Positions 24,479-38,133 of a stretch of DNA of 64,000 bases are shown here, in pieces; position 1 is the stretch's first letter, and every line of letters starts with the position of its first letter. The translations under genes and the position numbers were made by a program. The DNA comes from Felis catus (taxonomy: Eukaryota): positions 3,348,001-3,412,000 of the forward strand of contig NC_058368.1 of NCBI RefSeq assembly GCF_018350175.1, read 5' to 3'. Under the pieces are notes generated by a model. The model was not told where the DNA came from, ran no database searches, and saw only the letters and a program-made list of their open reading frames with translations.

Positions 24479-26431
24479 TAAATTTCATTTTACTGTTTTT
24501 TAGACGAGGTATATGACAAAATTACTATCAGAGGCCTCTTAAGTATTAAAAATGTAGCAATTTTTTTCTCTTAAGCAGGTTTTTGAAAAATTATAATTAA
24601 ATGACCTGTTCGAGGAATGCAGGTAATATGAATTAGAAGAGATATTTTGAGCTGAACATTTCCGAGGCCATTATTGTTTGGGAGAAAGGTTGGGTTTTCC
24701 TTTGCTCAGGATTGTGAAAGTAGAGTTTATGAAAATGTCACAGCCATAGTTCTAATCAGCTGAGATTCCCACCCTCCAACCTTATGCCAGCTGGCTCACG
24801 TAGCCTCAGACTTTTTTGGCAAATTGTCAAATACAACACACACATTTTCAGCATCTGGATTAATCAGTGATAGAAGGCTGGTATTTTACTGCAGTGTAAT
24901 TAGAAAACACACACACACTTTTATTCCTAATCAATAGAATTATTTCTGGAACGAAAACATAACTTTGGAATTTCAGTGGAAAGATGTTGTTAAAAGTAAA
25001 AGCTCATAAATTTACAATTCTTTTCAGTACATAGTTTTCTGTTCCTTTTCATTTTTGGTTATAATTTCATCTCGAAAGCGGGGGTGGGGGGAGGCAACAG
25101 TTCCCTTTCTGTCTTAATTGTCTGTTCTTTAAAATAAAAATCAAAACAGCAACACAATTAAGACGCTAGAATTCTTAGCTGAGCATTCAGGGTTGATTTT
25201 CTTTTTCTTTTTTTTTTCTGTCTGAGATTATAATCAAAACAGTGTTGGTCCTTCTTAAAATTTCACAGTCTCCGTCATGATGATGTTTGCAATGTTTTAA
25301 ATGAGAACCGTATGTTCTTCCCTAACCTACTTAACAGTGGTAGCCAGATGTTTGAACAAATTATGAAGGACAGGTCTACCAGCTTATCCTAACAGAGAAG
25401 CATAATGCTGACCACTTACCAGTTCTAACGATCTGTCCTCACCTCAGCTAGCAGAAAGAAAAAGAAAAGTATGCCTTTAGTAGCAAATATGATTGGGACT
25501 CATTGTGTCGGTCCACGTTAGAAGGTGACAAACCTTCCAAGAAGTAAACAAAAAAAGCTTTAAAAAATATTTATAGAGTTCAGATGGATTATGAAAAACT
25601 AGCATCCTGCAAAAATACTAAAGTCAGAGTGAAATCACAATAGCTTTATTATCAGCTACAGCTGTGATTTCTCAGTAGACATTCTTTTGATTCTGCAGGT
25701 TCAATAATAGATTCCTTGGTGTTAAAGACATTTGCTGTCGAAGCCATGCAAAGCAGGTAAAACAGATTAGACATTATCTCTTGAAGTAAATGTCTAAGGT
25801 AACCAACTCAACATGGAATACATCACTACCACTCCTTTCTACACATAAGGATTGCATTTGCTTGCAATTGTAGCTAATTGTAACCAGTTACTTAAAACTA
25901 TTACTACTTGGGGAAAACGTACATATTTAAGGTATATTTTTAAAATAAGCAAAGAGACAAATACTTTTATACATGTGCTTATAAACAGCTCTGGACAAGC
26001 AAGCTAGATCTCCGGCAATTACATAAAAGAATGATACATCACTACAGCGTTGGTTACGTATGATATGATGGCATGTTTTTTTAAACATTTCAAAATCGAT
26101 TCACATAACTAACTACAGTAGTAGGTGATTGATGACAATAAGAAAGTCTCACTGAAATAAGATTGAAAGAAAAGATCCATCTCAACCTGATAAAAGCCCT
26201 CTACAGCAAAGCTAGAGCTAAATTATATTTAATGGTCAAACACCAAACACTCCTTTCTCCTTTAATAGTTGGAATGAATCAAGGGTGTCCTCTTTTGTCA
26301 CTTCTACTAACATTTTACTAGAGGTCATTTTCAGTGTAATGAGGCAAGAAAGAGAATCAAAAGGGACACAGGTAGAAAAGGAAGAAGTAATAAAAAAAGT
26401 AAAAAAAAAAGAAAAGGAAGAAGTAACGTTG

Positions 26432-27368
26432 TTTTATTTATTTATTCATTCATTCATTCATTCATTTATTTATTTAAATTTTATTTTGCCATTTTTCACA
26501 TTATCATCTTGGTATTTTTTGTTTCGTTTTGTTTTCAGGTTAGTTAACATATAGTGTAGTCTTGACTTCAGGCATAGAACCCAGTGATACATCTCTTGCA
26601 TCTCTTATATGACACCCAGTGCTCATCCTGAAAAGTGCCCTCCTTAATCTCCATCACCCATTTAATCCACCCCTACGCACCTCCCTCTCCATCAACCCTC
26701 AGTTTGTTCTCTGTATCTGAGAGTCTCTTATGGTCTGCCTCCCTCTCTGTTTTAACTTTATTTTTCATTCCCTATGTCCATCTGTTAAGTTTCTCAAATT
26801 GCACATATGAATGAAGCCATATGTTATCTGTCTTTCTTTCACTGACTTATTTGGCTTAGCATAATACCCTCCAGTTCCATCCATGTTGTTGCAAATGGCA
26901 AGATTTCATTCTTTTTCATTGCCAAGTAGTATTCCATTGTGTAGATAGATAGATGATATAGATACATATAGATCTATGTACATATATATAGATCTATCTA
27001 TATATATCCTACATCTTCTTAATCAATTCATCAGTTTATGAACATATTTTGGCTCTTTCCATAATTTGGCTATTGTTGATAGCACTGCTATAATCCTTGG
27101 GGGTTCATTTGCCACTTCAAATCAGCGTTTTTATATCCTTTGGATAAATACCACAATTGCTGGGTCAATAGGGGCAGTTCCATATTTGATTTTTTGAGGA
27201 ACCTCCATACCATTCTCCAGAGTGGCTGCACCGGTTTGCATTCCCACCAACAGTGCCAGAGTGTTCCCATTTCTCCACATCCTTGCCAATATCTGTTGTT
27301 TCCTGAGCTGTTCATTTTACCCATTCTGACAGGTGTGAGGTGGTATTTCATCGTGGTTTTGATTTGTA
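26432..27368 (-). mobile_element. Carnivore L1 3' end, antisense
   Basis: Minus [13 protein letters not shown]...[22 protein letters not shown]; (TTTA/TTCA)n tail. Confidence 0.92.
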
Positions 27369-27709
27369 TATTGTCTTTATTTTTAGAAACTATGATGGTA
27401 TAAGCAGAATACCCTAGAAATTCACAAAGAAACTACTGAAACTAAATGAGTGGGTTTAAGAAGGAGGAAAGTGGAGGATAAAAGGTATGTGTCTCTAAAA
27501 TCAGTCATATGCCAATATACCAGTAGCACTAAAAATAAAATGGTAACATAAATGCCATTAAAATACCCATAAAATCATGAAATATTTAAGGATGAATTTA
27601 ACAAAATATATATGAGCCCTGTCACTGAAAACACAAAATGCTGCTCAGAGAAAATAAAGGAACTAGTGATATATAGCCCAACAGGGATGAATATTAAAAA
27701 CATTATGGA

Positions 27710-27924
27710 GGGGCGCCTGGGTGGCTCAGTCAGTTAAGTGTCCAACTTCCGCTCAGGTCATGATCTCACGGTTCATGGGTTGGAGCCCTACAGCTGTGCT
27801 GACAGCTCAGAGCCTGAAGCCTACTTGATATTCTGTGTCTCCTTCTCTCTCTCTCCCTCCCCTGCTAGTGCTCTGCCTCTCTCTCTCTGAAAAATAAATA
27901 AACATTAAAAAAGCTTTTTTTTTT
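27710..27924 (+). mobile_element. Can-SINE
   Basis: Full head, body and tail. Confidence 0.93.
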
Positions 27925-28069
27925 AAATATTATGCAAATACCTGATATATTGTGTGAAAGAAAACAGACACAAATGACTACAGACTGTGTGAAGTCATTT
28001 ATAGGAATTTCCTGCAAAAATTCTCGGTATTGATACAGTACATATTGTTTTCCAACATTTCACATGATT

Positions 28070-28200
28070 GACACTACACCAAAATGGTCCCCAAGATTCT
28101 TACCCACCTGTGGTATACATGCATTGGATAATCTCCTCATCAAGTGTGTGTGGGGAAGAAGCTTTTGAATATATAATGAGATATCATACCCATGAAAAAC
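28070..28200 (+). mobile_element. MLT1-type LTR 5' fragment
   Basis: aaaatggtccccaagattc...ataatctcctcatcaagtgtg...gaatatataatgagatatcatacccatga. Confidence 0.55.
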
Positions 28201-28237
28201 ACAATCACTGGAGTGTTTCTTAAATTTCCATTCTTCC

Positions 28238-28447
28238 AGGGCACCTGTGTGGCTCATTTGGTTAAGCCTCTGACTCTTGGTCTTTGCTCAGGTCATGATC
28301 TCATGGTTCGTGAGATCGAGGCCTGCATTAGGCTCTGCGATGACAGTGCATAGCCTGCTTGAGATTCTCTCTCCCTCTTTCTCTGTCCCTCCCCTGCTCA
28401 TGCTCTCTCTCTTTCTCAAAATAAACAAATAAACTTAAAAAATTATT
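28238..28447 (+). mobile_element. Can-SINE
   Basis: Full element; degenerate TSD aaat(t/c)tccat(t/c)cttcc. Confidence 0.93.
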
Positions 28448-28944
28448 AAAATCTCCATCCTTCCTACTATTGGCCTCATTTCTCAGTTTGTAAATAAAAA
28501 ATAAATCACTTACTTCCATTATGCCAAGCTATATTACTTGTAACTATGGTCTGTAAATGGATACAGAAAATAAAGATAACAATAGATGGAAATGTTAGTA
28601 GAGCACAGAGTGGAGAAGGGAGTGAAAACGTCTTGATTTTTCCAAGAAGGAAGTCCTATGCTGACTTTCACGTGGAGGGTCTGTAAGAGTAAAGACACAT
28701 ATCTCTGAAGTAAGTCCATGTAGTGGAAGATAGGAATTACTTAAGCCTGCTTACTTCAACCATTACACCTCAATACCTCATGATTGATTGCTTTAGCTGG
28801 AGATTTTACTTTGGGCTGATAAATTCCTGATAACTCTGCTTGTGTCCATTGTTTTAGTAAGTCCTTCTCCCCTTGCCCCTTGATGACCCCATGTATTTTA
28901 ATAAGATCATAGACTAGGACAAATTAGAATAGTTATAAAAGCTA

Positions 28945-29765
28945 CTTATTCTCATCTGCTAGTTTCCCTTATTTGTCATTTCTTGGCATATTCCTAATGA
29001 TTAAATTTTCTCCTCATTATCAGTCACACTTCCAGTTTGTTTTTTTGTTTGTTTGTTTGTTTGATCCTTGGTAGTTTGTGATTGGATGGCAGATATTGTG
29101 AATGTTATATTGTTGCCTGCTGGATTTTGTTTTATTCCTTTAAAGAGTGTTGCCTCTTTTTCCTGTCAGTTAATTATATTACTTGAAATCAGATTCCTTT
29201 CAGATTTCCTTTTAAGCTTTGGTAAGTCAGGACTAGTGAATGTACAGCTTTAATGTACAGCTAATTTAACCACACTATTAAGGCAGGTCTAGTCACAGTA
29301 GCCTTAGCACTCCAGTGGAAATGCAAACTATTCTCAGCTTTGTGTGGATCCTGCGAATTTTTCTACCTTCTCTTTTCTAGTTGTTTTTTCCTCTAGCTTT
29401 GGATCATTTTGGAGCATTTTGACTCGTGCATGCACAGATAAGTACTCAGCCTAAACCCCAAGGCTACTCCCGTGCAGATCTTTCGGTGCAGTTTCCTCCT
29501 TTGTAGTGTCCTGCCCTACAAATTACAGGTGCCTTAGCTTCCCTGAGTTTTCATTTCAGTCTCTTCAACTTAGAGAGAATGGTAGGCTCTGTTTGAGTTC
29601 TTCTTGAAACTACCTGTAAGCATTTAGCTAATGCAACCATGGGTTTTCTTTATTTCACTATTTACCCAATTTTATGTTTGTTTAGTTAAGTTTTAGTGTG
29701 TGTATGGGGAGCAGGAGGGCAGGGTCATTAAATACAACTCTCTTACTTCATCTTTACTGGAACTT
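28945..29765 (-). mobile_element. Ancient L1/HAL1-like 5' fragment
   Basis: T-rich degenerate L1-like motifs (gatggcagatattgtgaatgttatattgttg; agtactcagcctaaac). Confidence 0.5.
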
Positions 29766-31192
29766 ACTTGATTTCTTTTTAAAGTAATAAAACTACAATT
29801 CTAGAACCACAGAATTCTATAATTCAGCCTTTTTAATAATACAGAACTATTTTCAACCCATCCACAAATTCATAATTTTTCATCTGCATTTTTGAAAAGG
29901 AACATTATACTGTGTTAATGATAATACTTCCCTCTCCTCCCCAACATGTTAATGTTTGGTATCGTATTCATTTTGAACCAAGAATTTGGTTAAAGTTAAA
30001 AGTATGTATTCTTAATTTTCCATAGACTTTCACAACTGTATGTGCATTACACATACAAATGTAATACAAAACTATTAATACAAACAAAAACCCAGAGAAG
30101 TAGAGGATGGAATGGAAAAGGACATTGGAAAAAGCTAATTGGGGTCAAGTAACTGAACCACATAAGATGAAGTATAGCACATGTGCTTTATGATCAAGTG
30201 GTTTTCCACATCCTATGTTTTCATTTCTAATTTGATGGTGACAAGACCACCCTCTAGTGGGATAGAGAAGCATGTTGATTGGCCAAGTTGTAAAGGAAAG
30301 CAATGAAATATTCTGCAGTACTTACCTCTCATCTTTCTTTATTTAAGAGATTTTACTTCAAATTTATTAGCATAATTTGGAAATTTTAAAGTTTTACATA
30401 CTTTGAAAAGTAATGTTTTATTCTCGTGTAATGCTCATGAAGTGGAGAGGGCAGGGATTAATAACCTTATTGTACAGATGTTGAGGCCATGGATTGAAAT
30501 AGGTTTAACCGAGTTGGTTAGCTATATTAATAATTAAGTGATGTGATTAGCATTCACAAGTCTGGTGTTAGGAATAACATTCATTGTATCATGAAAACAA
30601 CTGTACGCATCTCTACAGAGAAGGCTGCTGACTGCTCCTAGATTTTTAATAACAATCATGGTGTGGAATATCCATATTTCCCTTTCGGGAATAACTTTTC
30701 CAGTCCTTTTTAGTATGCAATCTTGATATTAAGATTACTTAAGATTACTAAAATCATTACAGAGAAATAAAAACATCTTCCTAATTTATTATATGTATTT
30801 TAAAGTTTAAAATAACAAAACCAAACAGTGTAGATATCTTTAATCCTGAAGTTAAAATTTCCAAGAATATTTGGAAAAAAAAGTTTCCCTTGTGTGAAAA
30901 AAACATCTATCTTCTTTACTGTATCATTTTCCAGTAAGTACCAGTAAACCTCTGACTTTGGGGGTCTCTGAGAAATTCCTAAATACCTCTTTGGTTTTGT
31001 GGTGTGAATTTATTTAAAGGCTCCATTAACTTTATTTTGCTAAGAAACTCTTTATCCCCATTTATTCATTGTGGATTTTTGTCTTAGTGGCTAAGATAGA
31101 TGTGAAGTTCAACCCAATAACCTAACTTCTAATTTTATCTCATCACCTCAAAATCATATTTTTACACCTATTACCTAAAGGAGTAATTAGAG

Positions 31193-31395
31193 GGAGCAGT
31201 AGTGTGGTTTAGTGGTTAAAGACTTAGCCTGAGAACTAAAGAAACTTTACTCCCACTCCTTGAGCTGACTGTATGTCATTGGTTAACCCTTTAAGTTCTA
31301 TAAATGTAGGGTTTTCAAAAAGAAAACCAACACTTCTCCAGAGGTGATGAGGCAAGTATTTTCCAGAATAGAGCCACGTTGTAATTGTCTTGAAT
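31193..31395 (+). mobile_element. MIR relic
   Basis: gcagtagtgtggtttagtggttaaagac head plus degenerate core. Confidence 0.6.
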
Positions 31396-32184
31396 GACCG
31401 CAATTTAATTCGAGGTTTTACAATCAATGGTAGATTTTGAGGGAAGCTATTAAAAGATCATGACCTGGAGTGAACAAAAGGCAACTCTTCCGTTGGCCCG
31501 GGTTTACTGTGGCATGCCACAGAAGGCACAAGAGAGTCTGGAGGACTTACTTTATTATAGAAAACAAGCCAGTTACCAAAGAAGGTTGCAAGTATCAACT
31601 CCATTTTACTTTTGATCAAATCCATAGTGCTCTATAGAAAGTAGTACACTATAATAGCTGCCATTTAATCTAAAATGCTAAAGCTTTCAGAGAGAAAAGG
31701 AAGAATAATATATCTTTCCAGCTCGGCCTACTACACACTCCCAAATCCTCTGAAAAGAAATACAAGAAAATGAAGATAATTCATTCACACTAAAATTACA
31801 ATAAAACCCAAGTTTGTATCTCAAACTCCAGAAAGTAACTAATCAATTAGGTGTATAGATCACTTTAAATTAAGCTGAGGGAGCACATTAGGAACCTTTT
31901 AAATATCACAGCAAGTTAAAGTAAGTATAGAAATTTTAGACAGATTGTACTTGTATCCCCTGAAGAATTTTTAGATTACACAATTTCCACTCAGGGAAAT
32001 TTTCAAAAAATTAACTCGTTGACATAGAGTATAAGACAATAGAATGATATAAATGAGACTATGGTACATCTAAAAGGCAAAATTACAGGAAAATAATAAA
32101 ATTTGAATACACACAATAAAACATGGGCAGAATTGACCCTGGAGGAAATAAAATTAATAACACTGAGGTATGAAATAATCACAA

Positions 32185-32668
32185 TATAAAGAAGTCTTAC
32201 AACTCAACAACAAAGAGATACAACTCCAATTTAAAAATGGGCTAAGGCTTTGAATAGACATTTCGCCAAATAAGTTACACAAATGATCACAAGCACGTCA
32301 CTGTCATTAGTCATCAAATAAATGCAATCAAAACCACATTCTGATAGTTTAATCATGAAGTTACCATATGATCCAGCAATTCCACTCCTTGATTGACATC
32401 CAAGATAGATGAAAACATATGTCTGCACAAAACTTTTACAGAAATATTCATAGCAGCATTATTTACAATAGCCAGAAGATGAAAATAATCCAAACGTCCA
32501 ACAATGGATAAGGGAATAAACAAAGTGTGGTATGTGTGTACAAGGAATGTTGTTCAGTCTTCAAATTGAAGGAAATTCTCACACACACTATAACATGGTT
32601 GAACCTGGGTGACATTATGCTAAGTGAAATAAGCAAGACACAAAAGGACTAACACTTGGTGATTCCAA
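32185..32668 (+). mobile_element. L1MB-like 3' fragment
   Basis: gttaccatatgatccagcaattccactcct...acattatgctaagtgaaataagc. Confidence 0.85.
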
Positions 32669-33391
32669 ATAAGGTCACATTCTGAAGTCAGGTGAACATC
32701 AATTTTTGAGGGACACTGTGGAAAATCTGATCATTTTTGCGCTAAGAAATAATAATGAAAAGAATATTTACATCTAATATATAATTTATTCCTCACAATA
32801 ACCTGGGAAGTCAGTACTGTTAAAATCCATCTTTTCAGATAAGGAAACCACCATGGATAATACACACAGCTGGGTGATTGAGTCACATTTGACCCATGGT
32901 CAAATTTAAAAGCATTTGGCTATGCACTCGACACTGATGAGCAGGCTTGGTTTGGCATATTTTTGTATGTTTACTCTCTTTCACTTAAAGGATTTTTCTA
33001 CTTTCCCATTTATTTATTTATCTTCAAATTTATAGTAATCGATTCTCATTATGCATTATTCTTAATGGCAAATAGTCATATAGTGAATGCTTAACAAACT
33101 AGGTTAATAATAACAAATGTTTAACAGTAAGATTTATCCTTAGGTTTTTAAAAGTTATGTTTTTAATCTCAAAAATAATAGATGTTAATTTCCCGAAAAA
33201 ATAAATAAGTAAATAATCGTCAAGGATGGAAAACACAATTCCTCAGCTCACCTACCCAGTGATAATCATTATTACGACTTCAGGGCATAACTTCCTATCA
33301 GGGCATAATTCCTATAGAATTTCTTTTACTATGCAGTCATGTTTTACACACTTTTTACATATTTCAGTTGTAAAATTAGAGGTTTGATTTT

Positions 33392-33650
33392 TATTCACTT
33401 CATTTGTTTGCGTATTCAGTAACAGTTTCCCAGGTACCTGTAATGTGTTGGGTGTTACGCCAGGAATGGGGTACAAAGGTGAACAACTTGTGAAGAGTCC
33501 CTGCCCTCATGCAATGTACAGTCCGGTGGGAGATACATATTTTTATAAAATAATCATACACATAATGGGGAAAACACAGGCAAAAAGGGAGAGCAAGACA
33601 TTTCAAATGGAGAATACATCATGTGCACAGGGCTTAGAGATACTGTAGGT
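33392..33650 (-). mobile_element. L2 3' end
   Basis: attcacttcatttgtttg...ccctgccctcatg...cagtccggtgggagatac. Confidence 0.7.
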
Positions 33651-34307
33651 GCTCAGTGGATTCCATGACGTTAAAGGATCAGCTAGCCAAAGAGAGTTTG
33701 GTTCTAAATCTACCAGTCGTGTGAAAGATGCCCCAGGAGCCTCTACAAAGCAACATTTGATTCACCCTACTGTGGAGAAACATGGCTTTTTATCACTCCA
33801 GTGGTAATTCTGAAACCTAAAGGTAACATATAATTTCAAACCTTTCTTTCACTGAACACTTTTTACTAACAATGGAGAAGTAGATTTGATTTCTCTTTGG
33901 GCCTTGATTCCAACACAGGTGGTTGTCCAAATGCATAGAGAGAAATTATAAAAGGGAAATATAGCATATTATAAATTAAAAGCAATGTCAGTAGGGGAAA
34001 ATGTCATGAATAAACATTTAAAGAATCAATAAAAGAATATTTGTAATAATGAAGAGATTTTCATACTGAAAAGGCAACTAGGTTCTAAGCTGAATTTATA
34101 AAGCAAAAACGCCAACCTCCTCTACAAACACAGGAAATTTTTTAAAATTTCCCAGAAAAAAGGAATAGATTATTTGGTGGATGTTAAGCTTCCTGGCAAC
34201 AGTAATTACTAGAAGACAATGGGGTCATACCTTCCATATTCTGCATGAAAATAACCTTGAACATTGAATTTTAAGCCAAAACAAACATTCAGCCAAGCCC
34301 CAGAATA

Positions 34308-34540
34308 GGGGCGCCTGGGTGGCTCAGTCAGTTAATCGTCCAACTTCAGGGCTGGTCAAGATCTCACAGTTCGTGAGGTCAAGCCCCACATCTGGCTCTC
34401 TGCTGTCAGCCTGTTTCCGATCCTCTGTTCTCCTCTCTCTTTCAGCCCCTCCCTCGCTCATTCTCTCTCTCTCTCTCACTCACTCTCTCTCTCCCAAACA
34501 AATAAATAAATAAATAAATCTAAAAACAATAAAAAATAAA
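34308..34540 (+). mobile_element. Can-SINE
   Basis: ggggcgcctgggtggctcag head, (CT)n, (AAAT)n tail. Confidence 0.93.
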
Positions 34541-35468
34541 GGGTGAGAGTAAAGTGATAACATTATACATGCATAGAACAAAAACTCTATCAATTACTTA
34601 CCTCTTCTAAAATATGTACCAAGGGATGTTTTTCAGAAAAAAGAAGGTGAATCCTGAGTAAGACATATACAAAAAGTAGAGAAAAACAAACATTTATTAT
34701 TAAGCCAAAATGTGTTGGATATATGTGTCTGTCAGAATTGAATCTGGAAATATGACAAAATATGCAATTTTATACTCATATATCTAAACAGATTTTTATT
34801 GACATGAAATTGACAAAACACACAAAATTAGTCATTTTAAAGTGGACAATTCAGTGGCACTTAAACTTTATCCGATGCCTTTGCATATGTTGTGGTTTCA
34901 TACTCATTTATCTCTAAGTGTGTTTTTTCTATTCTAATTTCTCTTGTGGTTTCCTCTTCAACCCATTGGTTGTTTAAGACTATGTTGTTTTAAATATCTA
35001 AATATTTTAACGTTTTGCCCAGGATCGTTGTGGGCTGTTCAGTTAACCTTATGTTTTTAAGGACTGCTCAGTGCTTTTCCTCCCTGACTGAGTCATGGGA
35101 CCCCCCAGGCAGGTTAGAACAGACAAGCATGATTATTTGTGACCATGATCTGTAATGCTCCCTCCAGAGTCAGGGATCAGGGTCCCACACCAGGAACATG
35201 GGCTGCCATCTTCAAAAATGCCGTGAGCCAGAAAGGGGTGGGACAAAGGCAATTAAAAACACCACAAAGTTTTCCTACTATTTTCAAGGTGCCTGCTCCT
35301 CGATTCAGGATTCAGTTAGATGTTATAAACCTTTGACCATTTTTCAGAGTTCTAGCAAAATTGGTTCTGCGTCTGCTTGATTTCTTGATGTTTCTGTGGA
35401 GGCATGGGTGCTCAGAGATGCCTCCTGGGCCATTTTTGCTGACGCCATTCTCCTACACCCACATATAT

Positions 35469-35502
35469 CTTTTCTTTTTTTTTTTTAACATTTATTTATT
35501 AT

Positions 35503-35547
<45 letters not shown>

Positions 35548-35707
35548 AGGGGAGAGGCGGAGACAGAGGGAGATACAGAATCCGAAACAGGGTCCAGGCT
35601 CTGAGCTGTCAGCACAGAGCCGGATGTGGGTCTCGAACTCACAAACCGCGAGATCGTGACCTGAGCTGAAGTCGGATGCTTAACCGACTGAGCCACCCAG
35701 GCGCCCC
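35469..35707 (-). mobile_element. Can-SINE (SINEC_Fc-like) with long (GA)n
   Basis: Full element; TSD tacacccacatat on both sides. Confidence 0.95.
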
Positions 35708-36484
35708 TACACCCACATATTTCTGCCCTGTGGGGGAATGACACTTTCCTGGGGAAATGTGAATTATATTTATCTCAAGAAAAGGTAGGTAACTGGAATG
35801 CAACAAGAAATAAAGAAAACGCTGAAGTACTAATCAAGATCTGACCCAGAGAATGGAACAAGGCTCTGGAGGTTTTATAGTTGATTTCAATGAGACTCCT
35901 AAGAAATAAATAACCCTGAGCACATAAGACATAGAGATTTATTCCTTTCACATGACTGCTTTTTGCTAAAGTCTTTAAAGAATTGTGAAACATGGCTAAG
36001 AAAGTTTATCATGAATGTAAAGATGGCTCAATATGAGATAGTCTATCAATGCTACTCTATACTAATAGAGTTGATGGGAAGAAAATCAGTCATTCATATA
36101 GATGCCTAAATGACAGGTGAGAAAGTTCACCACCCAACTCTGGCTCAAAACTTAACTAATACACATTTCCTTCTAAACCAAACCGAAATTCTTATTCAGT
36201 GTATTATTAAAACATGAACAAATGCAGATCTGATCTAGACAGAAAGTGTAATATCCAGATGTCAGAAAAACAGAAGGCACTTGTAACTGAAGATAAAGCC
36301 AGCAAGTTAGAGATGCTGTGGTCCCAAGGGATATTTTGAATCTGGATATAAATTCTCTATCTGTGCTCATATAATTGGTCTGATTTCCCTAAGAAAATTT
36401 CAGCATAGAGGAACAGAAAGACAAGTAACCGAGACTAATACAAGGTTTTGGCCTCTAAATTATAGGTGGCCACCATTGGAGGCC

Positions 36485-36700
36485 GCAGTGGCAAATCCCC
36501 GGCTCTCAGAGGTCACGCAACATTCACTGTAGCAGCAGAGTTGAAAGCGTAGGCAGTGGAGGGAACTGGACTGAGCCGAGGAGGGTGGCCCATATAAAAT
36601 ATTTAAAGCCAATTTTTAAGAAGTAAATGCTGCTGGCAAACAAACAAAGAAACACATCCTCTTGATTCATAGTTGAATAATTCCCTGGCTGGCTTTGGCT
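36485..36700. mobile_element. MER45-like hAT MITE relic
   Basis: Degenerate match to recalled MER45A (gcagtggagggaactgg...gctggcaaacaaacaaagaaacacatc). Confidence 0.45.
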
Positions 36701-37649
36701 TCTGGGGGACCTATCTGCAATGGCGTGGGGGAACTCACATCATTCCTCGGGGTGGGGGGGGTTGGTCAGTCCTGCCCAACAATTTTACCCACAGCCAAAG
36801 GAGAACTCCTTTCAGTCTGTCCCGTGTCAGCAAGCTGTTCGTGTCAATCATCAAATTAAAATATGTGTCCTCAGCATTCCCTCACAAGCACAGATGTGTA
36901 GGCAAACCACATTACAATAGAACGTGAAGAATATCCATCTTGCCTGTTTAAAACAGTGTTTGAGCCCTTTGGCATATTTTTTAATACGTACTCTGATTTC
37001 CCTGATGTCACCAGTGGGTTTTCAAAAATTGCTTAGTATTTATTTAATCCCTATATAAGCCAGGTCTGTGCTAGATAGAGGGGAAAATGGGGGGCGGGGG
37101 GGAAGAGAGGGAAAAACAGCCATTGACCAATGTAATTGGAACTTCTGGTAAGAAACCTAAAGGCAATTACCAGAGTTCATTAAAACAGGAAAAGAGCAGT
37201 ATACGTGGGCTGTGAGTGTATTTGAAGCCAGAGACTACGTTAGATAAGGGTGTGGTCATGAGAGGCCCCATTGAGACACAGAGCCCATGTTCAAGGTTGA
37301 TTTCTGTCTTCTTTCCCTGGAGGTCAATATGGTGTTTAAGCTCACCTGACTGAACACGTAATGTTGCTATTAAAGGCACCTAATTATAAACCTAGATGCA
37401 AACCTAACACAATTTCATTTCTAAGTACAAGAATATTTTTGAACCAGATTATTAAAATAAACATGCCGAACTTGCTATTAATTTTTTTTAAAGACTGCCC
37501 AAAGAAGCTTGCTCTCCCCCGTATTAAGATGTATTATGAAACCACAGTAATTAAAGCAGTGCGGTACTGGCAGAAATAAGTCAATGGAGCAGAAATTCAT
37601 AAAAGCTATACAAATTATTGAAAGCTTGTATAAATGTAAAAGGTATAAA

Positions 37650-38133
37650 TGGTTGTCCCTGTGTGGTATAGTCACAGCCATAATCATGTCCCACCTTTTT
37701 CTCTTTTTGCTGATATGGAATTGATAGACCACAGCAAGGGGCTTCCTTGAATAAGGCTTTCAGTTGGGTTCAGCCCATGAGAAGCACAGCAGGAGATTGA
37801 GGGTAGGAGGCGGACTGCGAGTTTGGAGTATTCATTCTTCCAGCTCCCTTGCTGCTATGTTGTTGGGGCTTGATTGTATCCCTCTGCCCGAAAGCCACAG
37901 CTCCTACCAGGTGGCACTCTCTCCCGCTACTCAGTGTTGTTCCGGTGTCACTCCTTCCCTTGGCTTCTCTAAGTTATGCTAAAGGATGTCCTGTGGCTAG
38001 CGTCAGGGTACTTCACTTTTCTTTATTCATTTTCCTCAAACCTGCCAATACCTTTGTAGTAGTTTTATTAAACTTCCTTCAATTGTCTTCTGTGATTGTT
38101 CTATCTTTGTCCTATCAGGGCTCTAACCCATTC
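37650..38133 (+). mobile_element. ERV-L LTR (LTR33/LTR16-like)
   Basis: ttcagttgggttcagcccatgagaagcacagcaggagattgagggtaggagg...attaaac...cagggctctaacccattca; directly followed by ERV-L internal sequence. Confidence 0.75.

Larger units (their letters stand above)
26000..28010 (+). mobile_element. Ancient L1 ORF2/3' relic hosting younger insertions
   Basis: Degenerate RT motifs (aagggtgtcctcttttgtcacttctactaacattttactagaggt). Confidence 0.7.

Noticed and set aside
26941..27008. Palindromic TA/GATA-rich stretch
   Set aside because: Low-complexity microsatellite in an L1 3' end; self-complementarity is trivial
30247..30259. CTCF-like CCACTAGAGG on the minus strand
   Set aside because: 3' GGC core mismatched; a single motif is not supportable alone
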